NCBI GenBank assembly: GCA_963823665.1
Contig: CAWGMQ010000006.1
Span: 1,344,001-1,408,000, forward strand
Length of the DNA: 64,000 nt
Direction: 5' to 3'
Source: an uncultured Planctomycetota bacterium
Lineage (GTDB): Bacteria; Planctomycetota; Planctomycetia; Isosphaerales; Isosphaeraceae
The notes below the pieces were generated by a model. That model did not search any database. It saw only the letters and a list, made by a program, of their open reading frames with translations, and was not told where the DNA came from. This document shows positions 49,704-59,692 of the stretch, in pieces (the first letter of the stretch is position 1; each line of letters begins with the position of its first letter). A program made the position numbers and the translations under genes.

Positions 49704-52700
49704 CTATCTCACGACCGTGGAGAACGGTTTTTCGCTCGACTTGCCGTCGGCGGCGACGATGCCCGCTTCCACCACGACGTCCACGGCACCCTTGAAGGGT
49801 TTTTTGAGGTTGATCGTCACCGATTCCGCGTGGATGTTGTAGGTGACGAGACTGAACTTGACCGGTTTGGTATAGACCGTCTTGTGATGCTTCTTCACCC
49901 CCGAGAACAGGCGGTAGAAGGCCATGTTGGTCGCGGAGCCGAAGTCGAGCGGCTCGTTGAATCCGACGGTGATCGAGGTCAGCCCCTTACTGGAATGGCT
50001 CACTTTGACGCTCCCTGTGACTTGCGGGGGCGGCTGGTTGGGGGGAGGCGGCGGAGGGGGCGGCGGCGGTCCCAGCACGGTAATCGAAGTCGGAGTCGAC
50101 GACACTCCTCCTTCGTCTGCGGAAGCCGTGATCATGTAGTTGCCCGGATTGTTCGTTGACGCGCCAGGGCGCTCGATCAACAGGCCGGAGAAGTCGGCCA
50201 CGCCGTTATGGGCCATCATCGAGACAACGCCTGTGTTGGAGCTCCCCAGTCTGGCGCCGTTCATGTTGCCTGTCAGTGACAAGGATACAATGCCGTCGAA
50301 CGCGGTATCGACTTTCCCCTGAGTTTCGACGGCCACGTCGATGCTGAAGGTCGCACTCGTGGAAAGCGGGCCCGTCGGAGACTCGATGATTGCGAGCTGC
50401 ACGGTCTGCTGGGTGCTGCTCCCGAAGGTAACCGGCCCGCTGGTTGGGCCGGCCGATCCGGGGCCAGGGCTGGCGCCGGGAAGGCCGGCAGCGCCGGCCG
50501 TGGCAGGGCTGCCGGCCGGCCCGGCATCGCCATTACCCGCCTGTCCGCCTTCTCCGGTGCCGCCGGCACCGCCGGCGCCGCCAGCGCCGGGTCCGCCGGC
50601 ACCGCCGATCGGGCCGGCTCCGCCGCCACCACCCCCGGCGCCGCCCACGCCGCCGATGAGGGTGCCGCCTGTCTGCGAGGGGCTGCCCGGCGGGCCCGTG
50701 CCGACTATTACGCTGACGCTGAGAAGTGTGAGCTGGCCGCCCGTCACATAAAAGTCGCCACCTTCGGCAGCCCCTCCCGCGCCCCCGGTACCGCCGGCGC
50801 CGCCATTCCCTGAGGCGCCTGCGATTCCGCCTGCGCCGCCGCGGCCGCCATTGCCGCCGGCGCCACCGGTCTCGCCGTTGCCGCCAGCCCCGCCGATCCC
50901 GCCCTTGCCGCCCCGAGCAAGTCCCGTGACTGCGCCATACCCCGCACCGCCGGAGGCACCGGTCAAGCCTTGGCCGCCGGCCCCGCCCTGGGCGGTCTCG
51001 CTGGTGAAGTTGAAGTTGTCGAGGGTCAGTGTGACCGAACCGCCGGAGACCGCGACTCCGCCGCCGGCGCCCGTTCCGCCCGCACCCCCCGCGCCGGCGG
51101 GGCCTCCGCTGCCCCCGGCTCCGGCGGCGGCCGCAAATCCGCCGTTGCCGCCACTGCCGCCGTTGCCGGCGGGCCCGGTCGCACCGGCGCTCCCAGGTGT
51201 ATGACCGGGGCCGCCCGCTCCGCCGGCCCCGCCGCTGCCGCCATGTTGGCCGAAGGGCCCGCCGTTACCGCCGGCGCCCTGGCGACGACCACCGCCGCCC
51301 TTGCCCGCGTCCCCGCCCCGAGCGTGGTCACCCATGAGGAGCGAGGTGTTCAGGTTCAGCGTGCCACCGGCCACGAAGACGGCCCCCCCGGCTGCCATTC
51401 CGCCGTTGGCGCCTGCGCCGCCACCGCCGGCGTTGCCGCCGTTGCCGCCTCGACCGGCCGCGCCGCCGGCCGCGCCTGCGCCACCGTTACCGCGGTAGCC
51501 GCCAGTGCCGCCAGCGCCGCCTGGGCCGCCGCTGCCGCCGGCGCCGCCGGCGCCGCCCGAGCCAGGCACTCCACCGTTGCTGCCGTGACGGATGTATGAG
51601 CGCGAGCCGGAGCCAGGGCCGCCCGCGGCCGAATTATCCTGGAATTCGGCCTCGCTCTCGCTGACGGCGACCTGCAGGGCGAGAGTCCCGGCCCCAACAT
51701 AAAGTCCACCGCCTTGGGCGGAACCGCCGTTGCCGTTTCGGCCCCCGTTGTTACCCACACCGCCACCGCCGCCGGCACCGCCGGCGCCACCGCCGCCGCC
51801 CTTGCCGCCAGTGCCGTTGGTCGCAGCCGCGCCGGCACCGCCGGCGCCACCGTTGCCGCCGTTGCCCGCAGTTCCGCCGCCGCCGCCAGCGCCGCCGCCA
51901 CCGGCGGTCCCAGCTTCTGCGCTATTGGCGATGATGCCGCCGCCCGCGATCGTGAGCTCGCCCCCCGCGATGTAGACGCCCCCTCCCCACGCATTCGCAC
52001 CATTCCCCCCCTCGCCGGCCTTGCCGCCGTTGCCGCCGTTCACTCCGTTGCCGCCGATTCCGCCCATACCACCCGGCCTGGCCCCAGACGCGGCGTTGCT
52101 GCCGTTGCCTCCATTTCCGCCGTTGCCGCCCCCGCCGCCATCTCCGCCAGCCCCGCCTGCGAATCCAAGCGCACCATTCCCAATGATCGTCGAGTTTGTC
52201 AGGATGAGCCGGCCGGCCGCCTGATAGATGCCACCGCCGGCACCCGACCCTCCGGCACCACCGTTGCCGCCGGCACCACCCGTGGCGCCGGGCTCTCCGG
52301 GTCCGCCATTCATCCCGTCGCCGCCGCCGCCGCCGTACCCGCCGGTACCTCCATTAGCCCGGTTCTCTTTAACCAACGAGCCCGTCAAGGTCAGTTGGCC
52401 GGCCGCCTGGTAAATGCCACCGCCAGCAGCCGATCCTCCGGCGCCGCCGGCGCCACCTGACTCCACAGGCTTGCCCACACCGCTGCTCGTCCCGCCGCCG
52501 CCGCCGCCGCCGTTACCTCCTTTGGCCAAGTTAAAACTAACGGCTGAGCTGACCAGGCTCAGTTGGCCGGCCGCCAGGTAGATGCCGCCCCCTTCCGCGT
52601 TGCCGCCGTCACCGCCGCGACCTCCGGGTTGACCGCTATCTCCCAGCGCGCCCTTGGCGCCGGCGGCTCCCGACGCCCCGTTCGAACCAAGATTTGCATT

Positions 52701-53225
52701 GCTGAGCGTCACTTGCCCGCCATCGATCAAGATCCCGCCCCCGAGCGCCGCAGTGCCGCCGAGCACGCCGCCGTCATGCGCAGCGCCATCCGTGATTGTC
52801 ATGTCTTTGAGCACGACTGCCGTGGTCGCCGAACCGGTCCCGACGATCTCGAAGATCCGCGTGTTGAGCGCGGCCGAGCCCGATATGACTGTGCTCAAAG
52901 GCGACGTCCCCTGGCCCTCGATCGTCAATGTCTTCGGAGTGCTCGTCGCGTTGGTGATCTCCAGTTGGCCGGCCGCCGTGTCGGTGAGTGTGATCGAAGC
53001 CGACAGCTCGATGATGTTATTGGTGAAGCTGTTGGTGTCCGCCGCGGCGATGTCGGCGCGCAGGGCGCTCTCGGTCGCAACGTTCGCGAAGATGTTCGGG
53101 TTCAACACCGTGCGCGTCTCCAGACTCTCGGGCATCAGCCGGAGTGATCGCCGGCGCCGTTCATCGAGGTGTCGAGAGGATCGTTTCGCCGTGAACAATG
53201 CGAGCCGCCGCGTCTTGTTCAACAT
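49704..53225 (-). CDS. Secreted Gly-rich (PGRS-like) beta-helix protein, paralog of 13497-19784
   Basis: Leader RRRRSLRLMPESLETRTVL; shared DGG.LGG.AALGGG.LIDGG.VT; GGAGG tracts; poly-Pro linker; shared C-terminal domain. Confidence 0.85.
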   Translation of the reverse strand: MLNKTRRLALFTAKRSSRHLDERRRRSLRLMPESLETRTVLNPNIFANVATESALRADIAAADTNSFTNNIIELSASITLTDTAAGQLEITNATSTPKTLTIEGQGTSPLSTVISGSAALNTRIFEIVGTGSATTAVVLKDMTITDGAAHDGGVLGGTAALGGGILIDGGQVTLSNANLGSNGASGAAGAKGALGDSGQPGGRGGDGGNAEGGGIYLAAGQLSLVSSAVSFNLAKGGNGGGGGGGTSSGVGKPVESGGAGGAGGSAAGGGIYQAAGQLTLTGSLVKENRANGGTGGYGGGGGDGMNGGPGEPGATGGAGGNGGAGGSGAGGGIYQAAGRLILTNSTIIGNGALGFAGGAGGDGGGGGNGGNGGNGSNAASGARPGGMGGIGGNGVNGGNGGKAGEGGNGANAWGGGVYIAGGELTIAGGGIIANSAEAGTAGGGGAGGGGGTAGNGGNGGAGGAGAAATNGTGGKGGGGGAGGAGGGGGVGNNGGRNGNGGSAQGGGLYVGAGTLALQVAVSESEAEFQDNSAAGGPGSGSRSYIRHGSNGGVPGSGGAGGAGGSGGPGGAGGTGGYRGNGGAGAAGGAAGRGGNGGNAGGGGAGANGGMAAGGAVFVAGGTLNLNTSLLMGDHARGGDAGKGGGGRRQGAGGNGGPFGQHGGSGGAGGAGGPGHTPGSAGATGPAGNGGSGGNGGFAAAAGAGGSGGPAGAGGAGGTGAGGGVAVSGGSVTLTLDNFNFTSETAQGGAGGQGLTGASGGAGYGAVTGLARGGKGGIGGAGGNGETGGAGGNGGRGGAGGIAGASGNGGAGGTGGAGGAAEGGDFYVTGGQLTLLSVSVIVGTGPPGSPSQTGGTLIGGVGGAGGGGGGAGPIGGAGGPGAGGAGGAGGTGEGGQAGNGDAGPAGSPATAGAAGLPGASPGPGSAGPTSGPVTFGSSTQQTVQLAIIESPTGPLSTSATFSIDVAVETQGKVDTAFDGIVSLSLTGNMNGARLGSSNTGVVSMMAHNGVADFSGLLIERPGASTNNPGNYMITASADEGGVSSTPTSITVLGPPPPPPPPPPNQPPPQVTGSVKVSHSSKGLTSITVGFNEPLDFGSATNMAFYRLFSGVKKHHKTVYTKPVKFSLVTYNIHAESVTINLKKPFKGAVDVVVEAGIVAADGKSSEKPFSTVVR

Positions 53226-53244
53226 CCCGGTAATCCTGTGAATG

Positions 53245-53378
53245 AGGGGCGCCAACCGGCTGTCGAGCCGGGCGGCGACCATCCCAAGTAGCCGGTTGCG
53301 GTGCCGCGCCAGAAGTAGCTCTAGCTCCGGCCCGCGGCCGCCAGCCTTGCAGAGTAGTTCCTCGGTTTCCGGATCGTC
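53245..53378 (-). pseudogene. 5' remnant of a planctomycete-type ECF sigma factor
   Basis: DPETEELL..AG....LLARHRNRL..MVAARLDSRLA with no start codon; in frame with the downstream gene. Confidence 0.6.
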
Positions 53379-53575
53379 CAGCGCCTCAACACGATCAACC
53401 CGCTATGCCAGATCCTGCGAAATCATCGGCTTGGTTACATCTAACCATGATTTGCCCAAGAAACTCGAAGGCGCCCTGTAACGATCGGCCAGCAATCGCA
53501 GGAGTAGATCCTGGAGGGACCGACGATCGTAGGCCGTGTTCTCGCTTCGCGGCGCCGCCGGTCTTCTGGCCCGGG

Positions 53576-53697
53576 AAAAGGTGTCAGGAACCAATTTGCC
53601 CGAACTTGAAGCGCGAGCGGGGATAATTCACCGAGACACGGAACGCGCCAAACCACACGGAAACGCGTTTGTGGCCAGGTTTCCTCGGCGTCGAATC
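53576..53697 (+). repeat. AAGGTGTCAGGAACC element, copy B
   Basis: Aligns with 39740-39858. Confidence 0.88.
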
Positions 53698-53777
53698 GCT
53701 GGTCGATTTCCGTGTCCTTCCGCGCGTTCCGTGGTTAAGGAATTCGTCATGAATCACTTGTGCCCGACGCGTAGGCG

Positions 53778-54200
53778 TTGACTTTCCAGATGGCGGAGGT
53801 GGCGATGCCGCGTGCGTTGTTCGGTGCGATCCTGGAGCGGATCGACCGGCCAAGACGCGGTCCGTAACGCGTGTAAACGGATCGAGCATAGTGGCGTCGA
53901 TCCCGTGAAGACGAAGGCGGAGATGGTGCGCCATTGGGGCGATCAAAACGCGTGGAATGGTGGTTGATTGAGCGGACGGAAGTGCCGTGAAAGCAGAAAG
54001 ACGCCGGCCCGTGAGTCGTTCTAGGCAAGGGGCCGATCTTTACAGAACAGAAGCTTGGATTGATCCGCAACCTGAACGATACCAATGTGTTAGAAAAGCG
54101 AGGACAGAATCCGCGTTTTCAGGCTCGAGACGGCCTACTCACGGGCCGGCGCGTGATAGGTTGGTTCTCGCTGGAGAAGCAAAAAAACCCCGTCATGTCT
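53778..54200 (+). mobile_element. IS1380-family 3' remnant
   Basis: 53778-53867 encodes TFQMAEVAMPRALFGAILERI, the typical IS1380 transposase C-terminus; right boundary approximate. Confidence 0.65.
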
Positions 54201-54232
54201 GGTCGCCATTCCCCAAGAACGCCGGAGCCCCT

Positions 54233-56371
54233 ATGTTCACCTTCAAGCGCTCGCCTCGCGTTCGTCGTGCCGTCCGTCGTCCACAGTCCCTTAAAGCCGG
54301 CATGGAGGTGTTGGAAGATCGAATGGTGCTGAGCTCGTGGCAGGTCGTGACGACGCCCCCCGCTCTGGGCAGTCCGCAGGCGACGGTGCTCCTTTCCAAC
54401 GGCCGATTGCTGGTGAACGAATTCGGCACCGTTCATTGGTTCCTCGTCTCGCCCAATGCCAAAGGAAACTACGCCGACCCGACGATCGTACCCGCGCATG
54501 ACTCGCTCTATATTCATGAATATGCGGGAATCGCGTTGTTGAACGATGGCGAGGTGTTCATCTCGGGGGCCGAATATCCGCAGCCGGGTGACGCGGATTA
54601 CAATCCCGCCACCACGGGTCAAAATCATATCGAAATCTACAACCCGGCGACGAATTCCTGGCGGCCGGTCGCGCCTCCCTCATTCTTTGGCACCGAAGTG
54701 ATTGTGGACAACTCTGTGAAAGTGATGCCTGACGGCCGCGTCCTCGCGGGAACGGGGGGGTCGGGCGTGATGGGGTTGTACAACCCATCGAATGACACCT
54801 GGCAGCAGACGGGGTCATTTCCAACGAATTGGATGAACGAGGTGACGCTGACGATGTTACCCAGTGGCCGCGTTCTGGGCGTGGCTACGTACCCCGATGG
54901 AAGCCAGTCATGGGAATATGATGAAACGACAGGCATGTGGACCGCGGTCGGGTCGACGCCTGTGCCGCTAAACACGACCGAGGGGGGGCCGATGGTGGGG
55001 CTTCCCGACGGAGACGTTTTTGCCCTCGGCGCGGTGGCGCACTGGCAGGCGCAGACGGCCATTTATTCGCCGACAACGCAGACCTGGCAAATGGGGCCGT
55101 CGGTGCCGGATCTCTCCGACGGTATGCCTTTGACGACGACGGCTACGACCCTGGATCAAGTCGATAATGCCACCTATCGACTGGTTCCACGTCTGGCTCC
55201 TGACCTCGCGCTGGAGGCTCCCAACGCGTCCACAGATGCTCAAGAGGCGACGGATGTCGGTGTCTGGAATCAATCCGACGCGCAGATATGGGACATTGTG
55301 TCCGACCCGAACGGTCTGTACGGCTTGCGACCGATCAACGCGACGGCGACGCGGTTGGAGGCCGAGAGCGCAGGGTCGTCCGCCGTCGCGCCCGTCGACA
55401 CCAATTTCGTGAATGACGGCAATCCCGCGCAAGCATGGTCTGTGACTCTGAACAAGGACGGCTATTTCACGCTCTCTCCGGCCTCCGCACCTGGGTACGC
55501 GCTTCAGGTCAGCCAGGGCGGGGCCACGACGGAGTTGGATCCCCTCAATGGGTCTCCCGCACAGGAGTGGCAACTCGTACAAAACGCGAACGGTTCCTAC
55601 GGCGATGAGCCGCTCGCGGCGCTGCCGAATGGGCATGTGCTCATAGCTATCAATCAGATCGCTCCCGATCCCACGAATTCGTCTCAGCTCGCCGACACGT
55701 CCCAATTCTATGAATACAACCCCGGCGCGAACGGTTTCAGCCTGGTTCCTTCCGTGCCGGTCGCGCTGGCTTCTTACTCAACGACGAACACACTGAACAT
55801 GACCGTGCTTCCCAGTGGTCAGGTCTTCGTAACGGGAGGCGCGGACCATCATTTGTATATCTATACCCCGAACGGTGGGTCGCAAGAGACTTGGAAGCCG
55901 GCGATCTTGGGCATTCTTCCGGCGCCGGCCGGTTCGTCGACGCATTGGGTCGTGGGCTGGGGTTTGAACGGCTGGAGTGAAGGGGGCGTGTATGGAGACG
56001 ACAATTCCACGGGGAGCAATTATCCGCTCGTTCAGCTTGTCAATCGCTTTGGACATGTGACCTACGCCTCGACCGCCAATTGGACGACTACCCAGGTGGG
56101 AGATCAGTTTGAAGGCGTCCAATTCACGACACCGGCCAGTATGCCGTCGGGCACGTACAAACTCCGCGTGATTGCCAGCGGAGTGGCATCCAATCCGGTC
56201 ATCTACCACTACGTGCGGGATTTTGGGGGGAGGAAAGGGGGAGAAAAGGTGTCAGGAACCAATTTGCCCGAACTTGGAGCGCGAGTGGAAATGATTCACC
56301 GAACGACGAAACCGACCCGTGGCGCGGCGGGGTCGGACGGGAATGGGAGTGGGCCGCGCGGGCGTTCGTGA
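54233..56371 (+). CDS. Secreted Kelch-type beta-propeller protein with an inserted ricin-B lectin domain
   Basis: Leader MEVLEDRMVLS; L.DG.V...GG/EIYNP.TN.W blades; three QxW repeats (AQIW, AQAW, AQEW); NYPLVQL...ASGVAS C-domain. Confidence 0.82.
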   Translation: MFTFKRSPRVRRAVRRPQSLKAGMEVLEDRMVLSSWQVVTTPPALGSPQATVLLSNGRLLVNEFGTVHWFLVSPNAKGNYADPTIVPAHDSLYIHEYAGIALLNDGEVFISGAEYPQPGDADYNPATTGQNHIEIYNPATNSWRPVAPPSFFGTEVIVDNSVKVMPDGRVLAGTGGSGVMGLYNPSNDTWQQTGSFPTNWMNEVTLTMLPSGRVLGVATYPDGSQSWEYDETTGMWTAVGSTPVPLNTTEGGPMVGLPDGDVFALGAVAHWQAQTAIYSPTTQTWQMGPSVPDLSDGMPLTTTATTLDQVDNATYRLVPRLAPDLALEAPNASTDAQEATDVGVWNQSDAQIWDIVSDPNGLYGLRPINATATRLEAESAGSSAVAPVDTNFVNDGNPAQAWSVTLNKDGYFTLSPASAPGYALQVSQGGATTELDPLNGSPAQEWQLVQNANGSYGDEPLAALPNGHVLIAINQIAPDPTNSSQLADTSQFYEYNPGANGFSLVPSVPVALASYSTTNTLNMTVLPSGQVFVTGGADHHLYIYTPNGGSQETWKPAILGILPAPAGSSTHWVVGWGLNGWSEGGVYGDDNSTGSNYPLVQLVNRFGHVTYASTANWTTTQVGDQFEGVQFTTPASMPSGTYKLRVIASGVASNPVIYHYVRDFGGRKGGEKVSGTNLPELGARVEMIHRTTKPTRGAAGSDGNGSGPRGRS
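56245..56313 (+). repeat. AAGGTGTCAGGAACC element, copy C (short)
   Basis: Lies inside the 3' end of the Kelch gene, after a G/A-rich tract. Confidence 0.85.
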
Positions 56372-56414
56372 AGACGTGACAGAGGTACTTCATCACCAGA
56401 GGAGCGACAGAATC

Positions 56415-57270
56415 ATGATTGACAACAGAGCGAGCGATCAGAGAAGAAGCGGGCGGGGAACGGTCGAGAGACGGAAATAGCGTGGGATGCAGCCGACGGT
56501 GCTGTTGCTGGAGCAACGCGCGCTGCTGTCTACGTTCACCGTGAACAATCCGCCGACACGCCCGTCGTGGGCGAGACCGACCTGCGCCAGGCGATCGGCG
56601 AGGCGAATGCGGCCACGAGCGCCAGCACGATCGATTTCAACCTTACAAATTTAGCACTGGTGTCGATCGCGGTCTCCCCCGGCAAGCCGGACCTGGCCTT
56701 GAACGTCACGGGCCAGTTCAGCGCCACGGGCAGCTTCTCAGACGGCTCGACCGCGGACTTCACCGGTCTCGTGACCTGGGCGCCGTCGGCGCCGATCGGC
56801 GCCACGGGTCTGGCCTCGGGCCTGGCCTTGGGGCAAAGCGCGATCACCGCATCACTGGCGGGAGTAACGAGCCCGGCCGACACGTTGACGGTGGTAGCCC
56901 CCCGTTTCGTGGTCAACACCACCGCCGATGCATTCGGTTTCTATAGCGACACGACCAGCCTTCGCGAAGCGATCGCGGGCGCCAACGTGGTCCCAGGCCA
57001 AACGATCACTTTTGCCCCGACCTTTTTCGGGAGCGCCCAGACCATCAGTTTGACGTCGGGCCAGCTCGAGCTGAGCGACACGACCGGGACGGTGGCGATC
57101 AAGGGCCCGGCGGCGGGCGTGACGGTGAACGCTGGCGGGGCGAGCCGCGTGTTCCAGATCGACAGCGGTGTCACGGCGTCGATCTCGGGAATGACGATCA
57201 GTGGAGGCAGCGCCTACCGCTACGGCGGCGTGGCCAACTACGGCGGCAATCTCACGCTGACTCACTGCAA
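56415..57270 (+). pseudogene. Truncated secreted Ig-like/beta-helix protein
   Basis: Leader PTVLLLEQRALLSTFTVN with in-frame TAG and a frameshift; Big_2-like domain; SLREAI..AN; breaks near 57270. Confidence 0.7.
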
Positions 57271-57493
57271 GAGCGCCAGCCACGACCGGGAAGAGCCCAA
57301 GTATGTTCCAGGCGGCCGGGCCGTGCTCGGTCCATCCGAGGCGGGGCGTCAAGAGCGAGAGAAGCCACGGCAGCACGCCGAACGTAAACGGATACACAAC
57401 CGATACAACGAAGACGCCGAACATGAAGAGCATCCGGCGCGAAATGCGGGTTCGGTGCGAACGCTTACTGGCGGGGACTTCGGGCGTACTCAT
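57265..57493 (-). pseudogene. N-terminal fragment of a membrane (ICMT/PEMT-like) protein
   Basis: Two TM helices (LPWLLSLL.PR.GW....P..WN.LGL), then collides with the opposite-strand remnant. Confidence 0.45.
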
Positions 57494-57607
57494 GGGGCTG
57501 CCTTGATCTGGTTCAGAGTTAGGGGGTTGCTGGCGGCCGGCGTGCGCTCACCGGCCGCTTCTTTTCCTGTGGCACTGACGGCTACGACTTTTCATGATGC
57601 GCAGCGC

Positions 57608-59461
57608 TCAAGTCATGGTGTAGACGCCGAAGATGTCGTCATCGCTCGTCGACGCAAAGTTGAAACGGACCTTGCTCGACTTGCTGAGAGTCACGCCGGC
57701 ACCTGTGTCGATGTAGAGGCCGCCGCCTGACCCCTGGCCGCTCGAGCCGCCTGAGCCGGAGGCGCCGCCGATCGCAGCGTCGAAAGTGATGAGCGTGGCA
57801 TCGATCGACGCGGTCGTGGTGCCGAGCACGTAGAGGCCGCCTCCTGAGCCGTTGCCGCCGTTGCTCCCGGACCCACCGGCGCCCCCCTGGGCCACGTTGA
57901 AGATCAGGGTGCTGCCGGCGAGGGATACGCTCGAGGTGTCCGTACCGAGACCCAGGAAAGCCAATTCGAATGCGCCGATGCCGCCTCCATTGGCGATCCC
58001 GCCTCCTGCGCCGACGCCGCCCGCGGCCCCCGGTCCGCCAGAGCCACCCTTGGCCAGGTTACCGCTGGAGAGGACGTCCGAGACGTTGGCGGTCGAGTCG
58101 ACCCCGTTGTAGAAGCCGCCGCCGAACCCGCTGCCGCCCGTGCCTGCATATCCGCGGCTGCTGCTGCCACCGTTGCCGCCAATCGCATCGTTGCCGAAGA
58201 AACTCACGCCGGTGATGGTCGTGTCAGCAAAGATTTCCGCGGCGAGGCCGCCGCCAGCGGCCGGAGCTCCGGGGCCGGTGGCGGAGTTGCCGCCGATGGC
58301 CTGGTTGCCACTAAAGGTGGTGTCGGTTATCGAAAGCACGCTGGCAAAGTTGACCAGGCCGCCGCCCCATGCCTCGCCAAGGACCGGGTTGGGGTCAAGG
58401 CCGCCGACGTTTTCGCCCTGGTCTCCTCCCTTGGCCTCGTTGTCGGTAAACGTGCTGCCCGCGATCGTTAGCGGGCCGGCATTGGCGACAGCGCCGCCCA
58501 GAGCCTCACCGCCGAACAGCGCGGCGGAGTTGTTGGCTCCGCTCGCGCCGACAGCCTCGTTGGCAGTGAACGTGCAGTTGCTGATGGCGAGCGAAGGCGC
58601 GGCGAAGGTTTCGTTCTCGCCCGTGCTCAGGGCGCCGCCGTTGGTGGTCCTGCCGAGCGCCTCGTTGCCATTGAACGTGGAGTAGGTAATGGTCGCGGGG
58701 GAACTGCTGTTAATGGCGCCGCCATTGCCTTCACCAGTGCCCGTCGAAGGGCCAACGGCTTCATTGCGAGTGAATTCACTGTCGCTTACCGTCAGCAAAG
58801 AACCCTGGCTGTCGACGGCTCCGCCGGCAGAACCCTCAGTGACGGGGCCGGTGATGGGGGCGGCGTATTCGCCACCGGAGGCCACGTTGTTCGCGAAGAG
58901 GGATTCGGTGACAGTGAGGCTGCCGTCATTCTCGACGGCGCCGCCGTTGCCGTAGTTGCCTGCGGAGTCGGCGTAGGCAGTGTTACCGGTCACGACGACC
59001 TCGTCAAGGTTCAGGGTAGCGCCCGCGTCCACGAGAATGCCACCCCCGTTGCCGGCGACTTCCTCGCCATCGGTGATCGTCAGGCCGGAGATGGCCACCT
59101 GGCCCGCCGCCACCTCGAAGACGCGGCCCGAGTTGTTGCCGCTGACAGACAGCTCGTCCGCGCCGGGGCCATTGATCGTCACACTGCCGGTGATCGGCAA
59201 TGCGCTCTTCAGCGTGATGGTGCCGTGCAGCCCCGGCGCGAACGCAATGGTCGCGTCGCCGGACTGGATGCCCGCCCGCAGCGAGTAGGCACCGCTGTCG
59301 TTCAGGTTCATGACCATGAAGGTGCTGAGCAGCCTCCGGTCCTCCAATCCTTCCAAGCGCGGCAGGACCGAGCGCCGCGAGAGGGTGCGTCTTGAGCCGG
59401 GGCGCCGCGACCGAGTCGGAGAGCCCGTTGTCAACCGTCTGAACCAGGATGCAGACAACAT
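57608..59461 (-). CDS. Secreted beta-helix (pectin-lyase-fold-like) Gly-rich protein
   Basis: Leader PRLEGLEDRRLLS, DSGAYSLRA, repeated F..N.A.GG...GGA rungs, N.ASTS..DIFG end. Confidence 0.85.
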   Translation of the reverse strand: MLSASWFRRLTTGSPTRSRRPGSRRTLSRRSVLPRLEGLEDRRLLSTFMVMNLNDSGAYSLRAGIQSGDATIAFAPGLHGTITLKSALPITGSVTINGPGADELSVSGNNSGRVFEVAAGQVAISGLTITDGEEVAGNGGGILVDAGATLNLDEVVVTGNTAYADSAGNYGNGGAVENDGSLTVTESLFANNVASGGEYAAPITGPVTEGSAGGAVDSQGSLLTVSDSEFTRNEAVGPSTGTGEGNGGAINSSSPATITYSTFNGNEALGRTTNGGALSTGENETFAAPSLAISNCTFTANEAVGASGANNSAALFGGEALGGAVANAGPLTIAGSTFTDNEAKGGDQGENVGGLDPNPVLGEAWGGGLVNFASVLSITDTTFSGNQAIGGNSATGPGAPAAGGGLAAEIFADTTITGVSFFGNDAIGGNGGSSSRGYAGTGGSGFGGGFYNGVDSTANVSDVLSSGNLAKGGSGGPGAAGGVGAGGGIANGGGIGAFELAFLGLGTDTSSVSLAGSTLIFNVAQGGAGGSGSNGGNGSGGGLYVLGTTTASIDATLITFDAAIGGASGSGGSSGQGSGGGLYIDTGAGVTLSKSSKVRFNFASTSDDDIFGVYTMT

Positions 59462-59567
59462 GATGCAGGCCTTTCTTGCAGAAAACCGATCCGCGTGAAA
59501 AAACCAGCTTGGCCCGGCGCGGATCCACCGCCGGAACTGGCTGTCTGGAACTCATCCACGGTTCACG

Positions 59568-59654
59568 CCCCCGGCGCGCAGACTGAGCGCCGTGTTTTGC
59601 CGGGTCGATGAGACCCGGGCAGCCGCGAAGCGGGTCGTGGCAGCGAGACTCACC
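59568..59654 (-). promoter_or_regulatory. Conserved upstream motif, copy 1
   Basis: 23/24-nt match to 61096-61119 plus shared CGGCAAA and GGTGAGTCTC boxes. Confidence 0.6.
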
Positions 59655-59692
59655 TGCCGCTTTTTTTCAGGGGTCGGTCCTGGGCTGCGTAG

